Below, piece after piece: positions 28,479-37,263 of a stretch of DNA of 64,000 bases; the first letter of the stretch is position 1, and every line of letters begins with the position of its first letter. The translations under genes and the position numbers were made by a program. Below the pieces are notes generated by a model that was not told the origin of the DNA, searched no databases, and saw only the letters and a program-made list of their open reading frames with translations. The stretch spans positions 1,984,001 through 2,048,000 of the forward strand of contig OY781945.1 in the NCBI GenBank assembly GCA_963677435.1, given 5' to 3'. The stretch comes from an uncultured Aliarcobacter sp. (GTDB taxonomy: Bacteria; Campylobacterota; Campylobacteria; Campylobacterales; Arcobacteraceae).

Positions 28479-29588
28479 ATGATTTCTTTAATTTTTGGAT
28501 TCCCAGGCTCAGGTAAATCTTATTATGCAGTGGAAAAAATCTTTAATATCTTATCTTCTACAAAAGAGAGTAATTTTGAAATAATTTATACAAATATAGG
28601 TGGTGTAAAATTTGATAATTTCCCTGATTCAAAGATTCAATTTAAAAAGTTAAAAGAAGATGAATTAATAGTGTATTTAACTCAATGTTTTAAACTCTAT
28701 GAACAATATAAGAATTTTGAAAATGTTGATGATTATTTGATTGAGTTTTCAAAAAAGATGAACTTTTATAATGCTTTAATTGTATTTGATGAATGTCATG
28801 ATTTTTTTTCAAATCAAGATAGAATAAAAATATTTTGGCTTACATATCATAGACATTTAAATCATGAAATTATATTACTTACTCAAAATAAATCTTTGAT
28901 TAATTCTAAATATAGAGCAATTCCTGAACAATTTATTGAAGCACAACCTAGAAGTAAAAAGATTTTTTCAAATACTTTAAACTATAAACATTATGCCTCA
29001 TTTGCCATGAGAAATACAGATTTATTTAATAAAAGTTCTATAAAGGTATCTCAAGAGATTTTTAATCTTTATCAATCAGGAAACAAATCAAATCAAAAAT
29101 CCATTATTTTAAAATTCATCTTTATTTTTTTAGGTGGTATTTTAATAGCTGTAACTTTATTTCTATATTTATTTAATAGCTTTAATACTCCAATAGAAGA
29201 TGAAATTAAAAAAGAGATAGAAGTAGCTCCACAAATACAAAGAGAGATAAAACCTAATCATTTAAAACCAACAATTAATGAAGATATGAATGATTCATTT
29301 CAAGAAGAATATTTTAATATCTACATTGAATATGAGAGTGATAAGGGTTATCTTATAAAGGATAAATATTATAGAGATTCTTACTTTGATAAATTTTTAA
29401 ATAGAACAAAATCGAAAATATTAATAAAAAATCTAATCTTTGAAACAACAGATTATAAATTTGAAAAATTATTGTTAAGAACATCAAACAAAGATTTAAA
29501 AGAGTTTTTTTATATTGAAGAAACAATAAATATTAATAAAAAAGAATTTGAAAATAATTATATAGATAGGACAAAAAAGGGATTATAA
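28479..29588 (+). CDS. zot: Zot/pI-like morphogenesis ATPase
   Basis: Walker A GFPGSGKS, Walker B IVFDECH, HRH, LLTQ, YQS, then a single TM. Confidence 0.92.
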   Translation: MISLIFGFPGSGKSYYAVEKIFNILSSTKESNFEIIYTNIGGVKFDNFPDSKIQFKKLKEDELIVYLTQCFKLYEQYKNFENVDDYLIEFSKKMNFYNALIVFDECHDFFSNQDRIKIFWLTYHRHLNHEIILLTQNKSLINSKYRAIPEQFIEAQPRSKKIFSNTLNYKHYASFAMRNTDLFNKSSIKVSQEIFNLYQSGNKSNQKSIILKFIFIFLGGILIAVTLFLYLFNSFNTPIEDEIKKEIEVAPQIQREIKPNHLKPTINEDMNDSFQEEYFNIYIEYESDKGYLIKDKYYRDSYFDKFLNRTKSKILIKNLIFETTDYKFEKLLLRTSNKDLKEFFYIEETININKKEFENNYIDRTKKGL

Positions 29589-29627
29589 AAACAGACGGAG
29601 GTCTGTTTTTATAATCGCCTTGATTAC
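29581..29627 (+). other. candidate rolling-circle double-strand origin
   Basis: Perfect 16-bp stem GATTATAAAAACAGAC-ggag-GTCTGTTTTTATAATC followed by CTTGATTA, just upstream of rep. Confidence 0.55.
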
Positions 29628-29665
29628 TTTTAAAAAAGTTACTACACCCAAAAAAGGAAAAAGAA

Positions 29666-30982
29666 ATGTACGGAATTTCAACTTATGACATACAAACAAT
29701 AGACACAAAACTAGAACTACAAAGAAAATATATTCAAAGTAGATTCTTTGATTTTGGAGAAGAAACTAAATCAGCGATTGAATTTACATATTCTGCAAAT
29801 CTTAATCCTAAAAAGTATTTTGCTGAAATGAATAACAGAATTAATTCAATTTTTGAATATGCAAAACAGTTAAATTTAAAACCTGTATTTGTAACTTTAA
29901 CAGCTCCCTCAAAATATCATAAATATAATGTTAATGGTGATCTAAAAATAAATCCAAATGAAACAGCAAAAGAACTTACACAAATATTTAATAAATTTAC
30001 TAATCTTAGAATCTTTCAAAAAATGAAAAAAGAGTTAGGTCATGGACTTATCTATTTTAGAGTATATGAACCTCATAAAAGTGGAGTTCCACATTTACAC
30101 GCAATGCTTTTTCTACCTACAGATTACATCTTAGATATTAAGAAAAAATTCTTTTCATACTTTACAGACAAAGTAAAATGGGGAAATAACAGAAAATCTA
30201 TTGATTTTAAATACACATGGTACAACTCAGCAGGTGGTGCAATAGCATATATTATGAAATATGTAACTAAGACTTTTAAAAATGAAAATTCAAAAGATAT
30301 TCAATATGCTTCATATTGGTATATTAAACATAATATTAGAAGATTCCTTTGCTCTCGAACTTTAGCACCTCTTTTAATTTACAGAAAAGTAAGACATTTT
30401 TTTAAGAAACATGATAATGATTATTTGAAAGTTACTGAATTAATTAGAAACAATCAAATTTATAAATTATTTGATAATACAACTTACTCATATATGAGAT
30501 ATAACCACGAATTAGGCGAAATTGAGGACATTACAATTTGGCAAAAATCAACGGATTTAATACTTCAATCAAGAATAAGAACAAATGAAACTTTTAAATT
30601 AGAATACAAGAAAAAAGAATATAAAAAGGCTCTTTCTGTATTTGTTAATGATTTTGAAAAATATGTACATAGTGAAATATTAAATAAATTCGTATTACTT
30701 CCAGTAGTTCCAAGTATCTTAAAAGATTACCAGTTAAACAACTATTATCATATTTTAGAAAATACGGATATTGACAGCCTTGATTTAGTTCATTATGGAA
30801 TTGTAAAAAATGAAATGATTAAAAGAGGTTTTTTGAAAGAAAATATTACAAATTTAAATGATTATAAGGATTCTTTCCTTTTTGACAACTGCAAGGCGTC
30901 AGCACACGTTCCTATGACATTTATTGTATTAGATGAGCCATGCTATGACGTGCCATTTATAAAGCAACAAAATTTATTTTAA
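29666..30982 (+). CDS. HUH rolling-circle replication endonuclease
   Basis: Motif I FVTLTAPS, motif II EPHKSGVPHLH, motif III AYIMKYV (two Tyr). Confidence 0.9.
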   Translation: MYGISTYDIQTIDTKLELQRKYIQSRFFDFGEETKSAIEFTYSANLNPKKYFAEMNNRINSIFEYAKQLNLKPVFVTLTAPSKYHKYNVNGDLKINPNETAKELTQIFNKFTNLRIFQKMKKELGHGLIYFRVYEPHKSGVPHLHAMLFLPTDYILDIKKKFFSYFTDKVKWGNNRKSIDFKYTWYNSAGGAIAYIMKYVTKTFKNENSKDIQYASYWYIKHNIRRFLCSRTLAPLLIYRKVRHFFKKHDNDYLKVTELIRNNQIYKLFDNTTYSYMRYNHELGEIEDITIWQKSTDLILQSRIRTNETFKLEYKKKEYKKALSVFVNDFEKYVHSEILNKFVLLPVVPSILKDYQLNNYYHILENTDIDSLDLVHYGIVKNEMIKRGFLKENITNLNDYKDSFLFDNCKASAHVPMTFIVLDEPCYDVPFIKQQNLF

Positions 30983-30993
30983 AGGATTAAAAA

Positions 30994-31263
30994 TTGATTA
31001 CTAATATTTTAACAGTTGAAGATTTAAAAAAATTTGAAGCAAAACTATTTAATTATATAAAACAATCTATTGAGACTAAAAAAGAATATTTATCAAAAGA
31101 GGAAACATTAGTTTTTTTAGATTGTAGTTCTAGAACTTTAGATGAATTAAGAGCAAATAGAAAAATTACTTACACTAAAGTCGGTAAATCTTTTAAATAT
31201 AAATATAGCAGCTTACTTAAATACTTAGAAGATAATTCAATTGAGGCAATACCTAATCTTTAG
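30994..31263 (+). CDS. excisionase-like HTH_17 protein
   Basis: YLSKEET..FL.CSSRTL..LR....I.YTKVG; convergent with the integrase. Confidence 0.8.
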   Translation: MITNILTVEDLKKFEAKLFNYIKQSIETKKEYLSKEETLVFLDCSSRTLDELRANRKITYTKVGKSFKYKYSSLLKYLEDNSIEAIPNL

Positions 31264-32335
31264 GCTTAAAGGCCTCAAATAAACTATCTATTACATTTTT
31301 TACACTCTCTCTTTGAACTTTTGCATATCTTTGTGTAATATTGGCTGTGGTATGCCCTAAAGTTTTTCCAACTACTTCTAAAGAGAATCCATTATTTATA
31401 CCAAATCCCCCTACTACATGCCTTAAATCGTGCATATTTAAATTTTTTAATCCCGTTTCAATTCTGATATTTTTCCAATGATAATCCATTCCAGTTTTAC
31501 CAATAGTTTGATTTTCATTTATATTACTTTCAAAAACTAAACCCTCATTTTTAATTCCATATTCTGTTAATGATTTTATCAATGTATCAGTTAATGCAAA
31601 AACTAAAGATTTACTAATTTTTGAATTTTCACTTTTAATAGTATAGATATTATTTGAAAAGTCTATATCTTCCCATTTAATAGTCAATACTTCCCCTTTT
31701 CTTCTTCCGTGCAATAACCAAATAAATATCGTTCTAATTTTTATATCAGGATAATTAAATATTGCATTAAATAGTTTATTCATTTCATCATCTGTTAATT
31801 CAATTTTTCTACTATTATCAAATTTAGGTATTTTTATTAATTTTCCAATATTATCAATATTGTGTATTCCTAGTTCAGGTAAAAATTTATATAGAGCTGT
31901 AACTATTTCTTTTATTTGTTTTGCAGTTTGTGGAGCTTTACCACTATCTAAAATATTGTTTATAACTTTTTGAACTCTTGAAGTAGTAATATCATTAGGA
32001 TGAAAATTTCCTATAACTTCTTTTAAATATTTATTATAGTTTTTTTCACAAGCATATAAATAAGTCTTTGATAGGCTATTTCTTCTTAAATCTAAATATT
32101 CAACAAATAGATCATCTATTTTTTTGTTAATGCTTTTAAGAGAATACCCTCTTCCCAAATTATCTAATAAATCTAATCTCATTTTATTTGCAATTTTAAG
32201 AGTTATATCAGGTTCTCTACCTAATGTCTTAGTAGTGTCTTTGCCATCTTTATAAATTCTAGCAACATATACTTTTCTATTATACTTATCAACTCTATAG
32301 TATAATCCCTCATATCGTGTTTTATTTAATGCCAT
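31253..32335 (-). CDS. int: tyrosine integrase
   Basis: GRRKGE (R), HDLRH, LGH, RY catalytic residues; N-terminal arm-binding domain; adjacent to att (track start 32359). Confidence 0.93.
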   Translation of the reverse strand: MALNKTRYEGLYYRVDKYNRKVYVARIYKDGKDTTKTLGREPDITLKIANKMRLDLLDNLGRGYSLKSINKKIDDLFVEYLDLRRNSLSKTYLYACEKNYNKYLKEVIGNFHPNDITTSRVQKVINNILDSGKAPQTAKQIKEIVTALYKFLPELGIHNIDNIGKLIKIPKFDNSRKIELTDDEMNKLFNAIFNYPDIKIRTIFIWLLHGRRKGEVLTIKWEDIDFSNNIYTIKSENSKISKSLVFALTDTLIKSLTEYGIKNEGLVFESNINENQTIGKTGMDYHWKNIRIETGLKNLNMHDLRHVVGGFGINNGFSLEVVGKTLGHTTANITQRYAKVQRESVKNVIDSLFEAFKPKD

Positions 32336-32491
32336 TTTTACCACCGTGTTAAAAATCACTTATTAATTAAAAATAACACAGTTTTAATACTGTTTAATAT
32401 GTGATTGTATGTGTTTTAATGCGTAATTATACAATGTTTTTAGTTAACAAATGCTTTGTTTGCGGGGGTTTGTAAGTGTTTGCGTAGTTAG

Positions 32492-32508
32492 TAGGTAAAC
32501 CAATAAGC
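32492..32508. repeat. right att core (within rnpB 3' end)
   Basis: TAGGTAAACCAATAAGC. Confidence 0.9.
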
Positions 32509-32811
32509 CGCGTTTTGTTTTTAAGACAATAATTTATCTAGCTACTAAATTACTTTAGTAGTCTTGCGAAGACCAAAATGTGAAGTAAATACCTAGTCTT
32601 CTTGCTGCAGGTTGGGTTTACAAAGCACTTAAGATTACTCAAAAGTCTGGTAGGCTCTTACCCCACCGTTTCACCATCACCGAAAAATCGGCTGTCTATT
32701 CTCTGTTGCACTATCCCTTAGGTTACCCTAGCCATTATTTAAATGGAACCACACTTCACAGCAGCCCGGACTTTCCTCTTGATTTTATTCAAGCTATTGT
32801 CTGGTTTACCT
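32493..32811 (-). ncRNA. rnpB: RNase P RNA
   Basis: Minus strand has GAGGAAAGTCCGGGCT, AGTGCAACAGA and 3' ACAAAACGCGGCTTA; terminal P1 helix GGTAAACC/GGTTTACC; TATAAT just upstream. Confidence 0.95.
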
Positions 32812-32842
32812 GGTGCGTATTATATCTTTATATTCTTAAAAT

Positions 32843-33376
32843 CTATTTTCTTATAACATCGTAGTTACTTGGTACTGTGAAATTAAAAATATTATCTGGA
32901 ATTTCACCATTTTGAACTACATTTGAAAATTTGATTTCAACATCGTTTTCAAGTTTATCTTTATATTTTATATAATTGATTTTGTCATCATCTTTTGAAG
33001 TTTTGATTAAATAATCAACATCTTCAATTTTTGTTACATAACTATTATCATTAACTTTTTTTGAACTATTTAAAAGTTTAATAATATTTATTTCACTTTC
33101 TAGTTGAGTGAAAATTGCTTGTTCTAATTCTGGTTCATCAACAATTGCAAAATTATCATTTATATATACATTTTTTTCTACAGGAGTTTTATATTTCCAT
33201 AGAATTTTGCCACTTTTTTTAATAAATACTTCACCCTTATATTCAATTTTATTTTCAGAATTTGAAGTAATAACTTGGGTAAAGCTTGCCTTAAAACTAT
33301 CTAAATCTCTAATGTCATTTGATGCAATACATGAAATACAAAATAGTGTTGAAGCAATTATTAATTTATAAAACAT
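32843..33376 (-). CDS. lolA: outer-membrane lipoprotein carrier
   Basis: FKASFTQ, WKYKTP, EPELEQA; divergent from secA as in Campylobacterota. Confidence 0.85.
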   Translation of the reverse strand: MFYKLIIASTLFCISCIASNDIRDLDSFKASFTQVITSNSENKIEYKGEVFIKKSGKILWKYKTPVEKNVYINDNFAIVDEPELEQAIFTQLESEINIIKLLNSSKKVNDNSYVTKIEDVDYLIKTSKDDDKINYIKYKDKLENDVEIKFSNVVQNGEIPDNIFNFTVPSNYDVIRK

Positions 33377-33433
33377 ATTTTAACCTTTTTTTTTATATAA
33401 TCTTAGCGATTATAACGAAAAGGAACTAATTTT

Positions 33434-36052
33434 ATGTTAAATGTTTTTTCAAAAATTTTTGGTACGAGAAACGATAGAGAAGTAAAACAATATAGAAAAA
33501 AAGTTCAAGAGATAACGGCTCTTGAAAGTAAATACGAAAATTTGAGTGACGAAGAGTTAAAAAATGAATTTAACAAGTTAAAAGAACTTGTACAAAAAGA
33601 AGAAAAATCATTAAATGATGTATTAATGGAGTCTTTTGCAATTACTAGAGAGGCTAGTAAAAGAGTTTTAAATATGAGACCTTATGATGTGCAACTAATT
33701 GGTGCAATGGTTTTACATGAGGGAAGAATTGCAGAAATGAAAACCGGTGAGGGAAAAACACTAGTTGGTTCATTGGCAGTTGCTTTAAATGCTTTAAGTG
33801 GAAAAGGCGTTCATGTTGTAACGGTAAATGATTACCTTGCAAGTAGAGATGCTAGTGAATTAGAACCTTTATACAACTTCTTAGGATTTAGTGTTGGAGC
33901 TGTAGTTGGTGGATTAAGAAATGATGAAGAAAGACGAGCTCATTACGCTTGTGATATTACTTATGGAACAAATAACGAATTTGGATTTGATTTCCTAAGA
34001 GATAATATGAATTATGATATTAATGAAAAAGTTCAAAGAGAACACAATTTCGTAATAGTAGATGAAGTTGACTCTATTTTAATTGATGAAGCAAGAACTC
34101 CTTTAATTATTTCAGGACCTACAAATCACAAAAATTCTAATTATGTAAGAGCAAATGAAATTGCTTTAAAATTAGAAAGAGGTCAATTAATTGAACCAAA
34201 AAACTCTAGTGAAAAACCTACAACTACAGGTGATTTTATTGTTGATGAAAAAAACAAAGCTGTAGTTTTAACAGAACAAGGTCATGTAAATGCTGAAAAT
34301 TTATTTGGTGTAGATAATCTTTATTCTATTGAAAATGCAATGCTTTCACATAGTTTAGACCAAGCATTAAAAGCAAACTTCATTTTTGAAAAAGATGTAG
34401 ATTATGTTGTAAAAGATAATACAGTAGTTATTGTTGATGAATTTACAGGAAGACTCAGTGAAGGAAGAAGATTTAGTGAGGGTTTACATCAAGCTTTAGA
34501 AGCTAAAGAAGGTGTTTCTATTCAAGATGAATCACAAACTTTAGCAGATATTACTTTCCAAAATTATTTTAGAATGTACAAAAAACTAGCTGGTATGACA
34601 GGAACTGCACAAACAGAAGCAACAGAGTTTGCTGAAATTTATAACTTAGATGTTGTATCAATTCCTACAAATGTTCCTGTTCAAAGAATAGATAAAAATG
34701 ACTTAATTTATAAAAGTGAAAAAGAGAAGTTCGAAGCTGTTTGTAATAAAATCAAACAATTCCATGAAAAAGGTCAACCAGTTCTTGTTGGAACTGCTTC
34801 TATTGAAAAATCAGAAAAATTACATGAAATTTTAGTTCATAAAAAAATTCCTCATACAGTTTTAAATGCTAAACAACATGAAAAAGAGGGAAAAATCATC
34901 GCTGATGCTGGTCAAAAAGGTGCAGTTACAATTGCCACAAATATGGCAGGAAGGGGAGTTGATATTAAACTTACTCAAGAAATTCTTGATCTTGGTGGAT
35001 TGGCAATTATTGGAACAGAAAGACATGAATCTAGAAGAATTGATAACCAATTAAGAGGAAGAGCTGGTCGTCAAGGTGATGTGGGTGAATCACAATTTTA
35101 TTTATCACTTGAAGATAATCTTTTAAGAATTTTTGGAAGTGATAAAATCAAAGGGATTATGGAAAGACTTGGTATTGAAGAAGGTGAGCATATCGAATCT
35201 AGAATGGTTACAAGAGCTGTTGAGAATGCTCAGAAAAAAGTTGAATCAATGCACTTTGAATCAAGAAAACATCTATTAGAATATGATGATGTTGCAAACC
35301 AACAAAGAAAAGTAATCTACTCATTTAGAAATGATTTATTAAAACCTGATTTTGATATAGATTCTAAACTTGATGAAAATAGACTTGAATATGTACAAAA
35401 TTTATTATCAAATGCAAATATCATAAATGGAATGCCAAGCGAAGATTTCGATTATGAGTTTGTAAGAGTTAAATTAGAAGAAGAGCTAAGACTTGTTATA
35501 AATATTGAAGATATTAAAAGTGAATCATACGAAGATATTGAAAATAAATTAGCCTTTATTTTAAAAGATGTTTATACAAATAAAATGGCAATGGCTGCAA
35601 CTGAACAAAAAAATGAAATTGAAAGAATCCTTTATTTACAAATTTTAGATAATGCATGGAGAGAACATTTATACTCAATGGATACATTAAAAGCAGGTAT
35701 TGGACTTAGAGGATATAACCAAAAAGATCCTTTAGTTGAGTACAAAAAAGAGTCTTATAATATGTTTATTGAACTAATTGCAAATATTAAAAATGAAATC
35801 ATTAAAATTTTATTTACAATTCAATTACAAAGTAATGAAGATAAACAAAAAGAACAAGAAGCAATTGCTAGAATGAAAGAGCAAATGGAAGAATCAACAG
35901 AACATATCACAACAAATGTTGCCCAAGAAGCCGTAAGAAATAGCGATAGAAAAATTGCTAGAAATGAAGATTGTCCTTGTGGTAGTGGTTTAAAATACAA
36001 ACATTGTTGTGGAAAAAGTGGTCCAAAAATTGGTCTAGCTGCAGGAAACTAA
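33434..36052 (+). CDS. secA: preprotein translocase ATPase
   Basis: [35 protein letters not shown]-terminal [13 protein letters not shown]. Confidence 0.98.
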   Translation: MLNVFSKIFGTRNDREVKQYRKKVQEITALESKYENLSDEELKNEFNKLKELVQKEEKSLNDVLMESFAITREASKRVLNMRPYDVQLIGAMVLHEGRIAEMKTGEGKTLVGSLAVALNALSGKGVHVVTVNDYLASRDASELEPLYNFLGFSVGAVVGGLRNDEERRAHYACDITYGTNNEFGFDFLRDNMNYDINEKVQREHNFVIVDEVDSILIDEARTPLIISGPTNHKNSNYVRANEIALKLERGQLIEPKNSSEKPTTTGDFIVDEKNKAVVLTEQGHVNAENLFGVDNLYSIENAMLSHSLDQALKANFIFEKDVDYVVKDNTVVIVDEFTGRLSEGRRFSEGLHQALEAKEGVSIQDESQTLADITFQNYFRMYKKLAGMTGTAQTEATEFAEIYNLDVVSIPTNVPVQRIDKNDLIYKSEKEKFEAVCNKIKQFHEKGQPVLVGTASIEKSEKLHEILVHKKIPHTVLNAKQHEKEGKIIADAGQKGAVTIATNMAGRGVDIKLTQEILDLGGLAIIGTERHESRRIDNQLRGRAGRQGDVGESQFYLSLEDNLLRIFGSDKIKGIMERLGIEEGEHIESRMVTRAVENAQKKVESMHFESRKHLLEYDDVANQQRKVIYSFRNDLLKPDFDIDSKLDENRLEYVQNLLSNANIINGMPSEDFDYEFVRVKLEEELRLVINIEDIKSESYEDIENKLAFILKDVYTNKMAMAATEQKNEIERILYLQILDNAWREHLYSMDTLKAGIGLRGYNQKDPLVEYKKESYNMFIELIANIKNEIIKILFTIQLQSNEDKQKEQEAIARMKEQMEESTEHITTNVAQEAVRNSDRKIARNEDCPCGSGLKYKHCCGKSGPKIGLAAGN

Positions 36053-36053
36053 T

Positions 36054-37259
36054 TTGAATAAAAAATTAGTAAATTTTATTGTAAAAAAATATTTAAGATT
36101 TGATAAAAAAAATCCTTTTATATCTATAAGTGCTATTTTGGCATTTATAGGTGTTTCTATTGGTGTTATGGTTTTAATACTATCTATGTCTATTATGAAT
36201 GGAACAGCAAAAGAGTTTGAAAAAAAACTTTTTACTATGAATTACCCATTAACAATTTTTCCAAAATTTAGTAGTGTTCCTTTAGATGAAAATATGTTAG
36301 AGGAACTTCAAAAAAAATTTACTCATCTGAAATTTTCTCCATTTATTTCATCACAAGCAATTATTCAAAATGGTGAAACAATGAGTGGAGGTATGATTTT
36401 TGGAATTATCCCTGAAAAAGAAGCTCAGATAAACCCTATTTATAAAGAAGCATTAGGAAATCTAAAACTTGATAAGTATGATGTTATTACAGGTTCTGGA
36501 ATATCTGATAAATTATTTTTAAATCCAGGAACTAAGGCAACTTTGTATTTTACAGAGCTTAATCCAACTGGTTTTTCAATGATGCCAAAAATGAAAAGAT
36601 TTACTTATGCAAATTCTTTTACATCAGGATTAAATGCTTATGACAAAGCTTATATGTATACTTCACTGGAAGCCTTACAAACTTTACTAAAAAAAGAAGA
36701 TAACTCTTATGATGGTATTCATGTTTATTCTGAAGATGCTTTTGTAGATATAGAAAAATTAAAATCTTATCTTGGAAATAAATTTTCTATAATTGGATGG
36801 TGGCAACAAAATGGTAACTTCTTTGCTGCAATGAAAATGGAAAAAACTGCTTTATTTATTGTATTGATGCTTATTATTTTAGTTGCTTCATTAAATATTA
36901 TTTCATCATTATTAATGACAGTAATGAGTAGAAGAAAAGAGATTGCCCTACTTTTATCAATGGGTGCTACAAGTAAAGAGATAAAATCAATATTCCTAAG
37001 AGTTGGTACAATTATTGGTTTTTCTGGAATTCTAACAGGAATTGTTTTAGGATTTTTTGGCTTTTGGTTATTAAATAATTTTGATATTGTAACTCTTCCT
37101 GCTGATGTTTATGGAAGTTCAAAATTACCACTTGATTTAGCAATGAGCGATTTTATTTCTATTGTTGTTGGTGCAATTATAATTGTACTTATTTCATCGT
37201 ATTACCCAGCTTCTAAAGCTACTAAGATTGATGTTATTGATGTTTTAAGAAATGAATAA
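36054..37259 (+). CDS. lipoprotein-releasing ABC permease (LolC/E/F family)
   Basis: FtsX-type permease: GVSIGV, MEK..LFIVLMLIILVASLNIISSL, RRKEIALL. Confidence 0.88.
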   Translation: MNKKLVNFIVKKYLRFDKKNPFISISAILAFIGVSIGVMVLILSMSIMNGTAKEFEKKLFTMNYPLTIFPKFSSVPLDENMLEELQKKFTHLKFSPFISSQAIIQNGETMSGGMIFGIIPEKEAQINPIYKEALGNLKLDKYDVITGSGISDKLFLNPGTKATLYFTELNPTGFSMMPKMKRFTYANSFTSGLNAYDKAYMYTSLEALQTLLKKEDNSYDGIHVYSEDAFVDIEKLKSYLGNKFSIIGWWQQNGNFFAAMKMEKTALFIVLMLIILVASLNIISSLLMTVMSRRKEIALLLSMGATSKEIKSIFLRVGTIIGFSGILTGIVLGFFGFWLLNNFDIVTLPADVYGSSKLPLDLAMSDFISIVVGAIIIVLISSYYPASKATKIDVIDVLRNE

Positions 37260-37263
37260 GCTT

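Larger units (their letters stand above)
15369..32508. mobile_element. integrated filamentous (inovirus-like) prophage with defence cargo, inserted at the rnpB 3' end
   Basis: 17-bp direct repeat at both ends; tyrosine integrase, excisionase, HUH Rep, Zot/pI, coat genes and XRE repressor. Confidence 0.9.

Noticed and set aside
28479..29588. Zot as an enterotoxin
   Set aside because: Context shows a pI-like assembly ATPase; nothing in the sequence supports toxin activity
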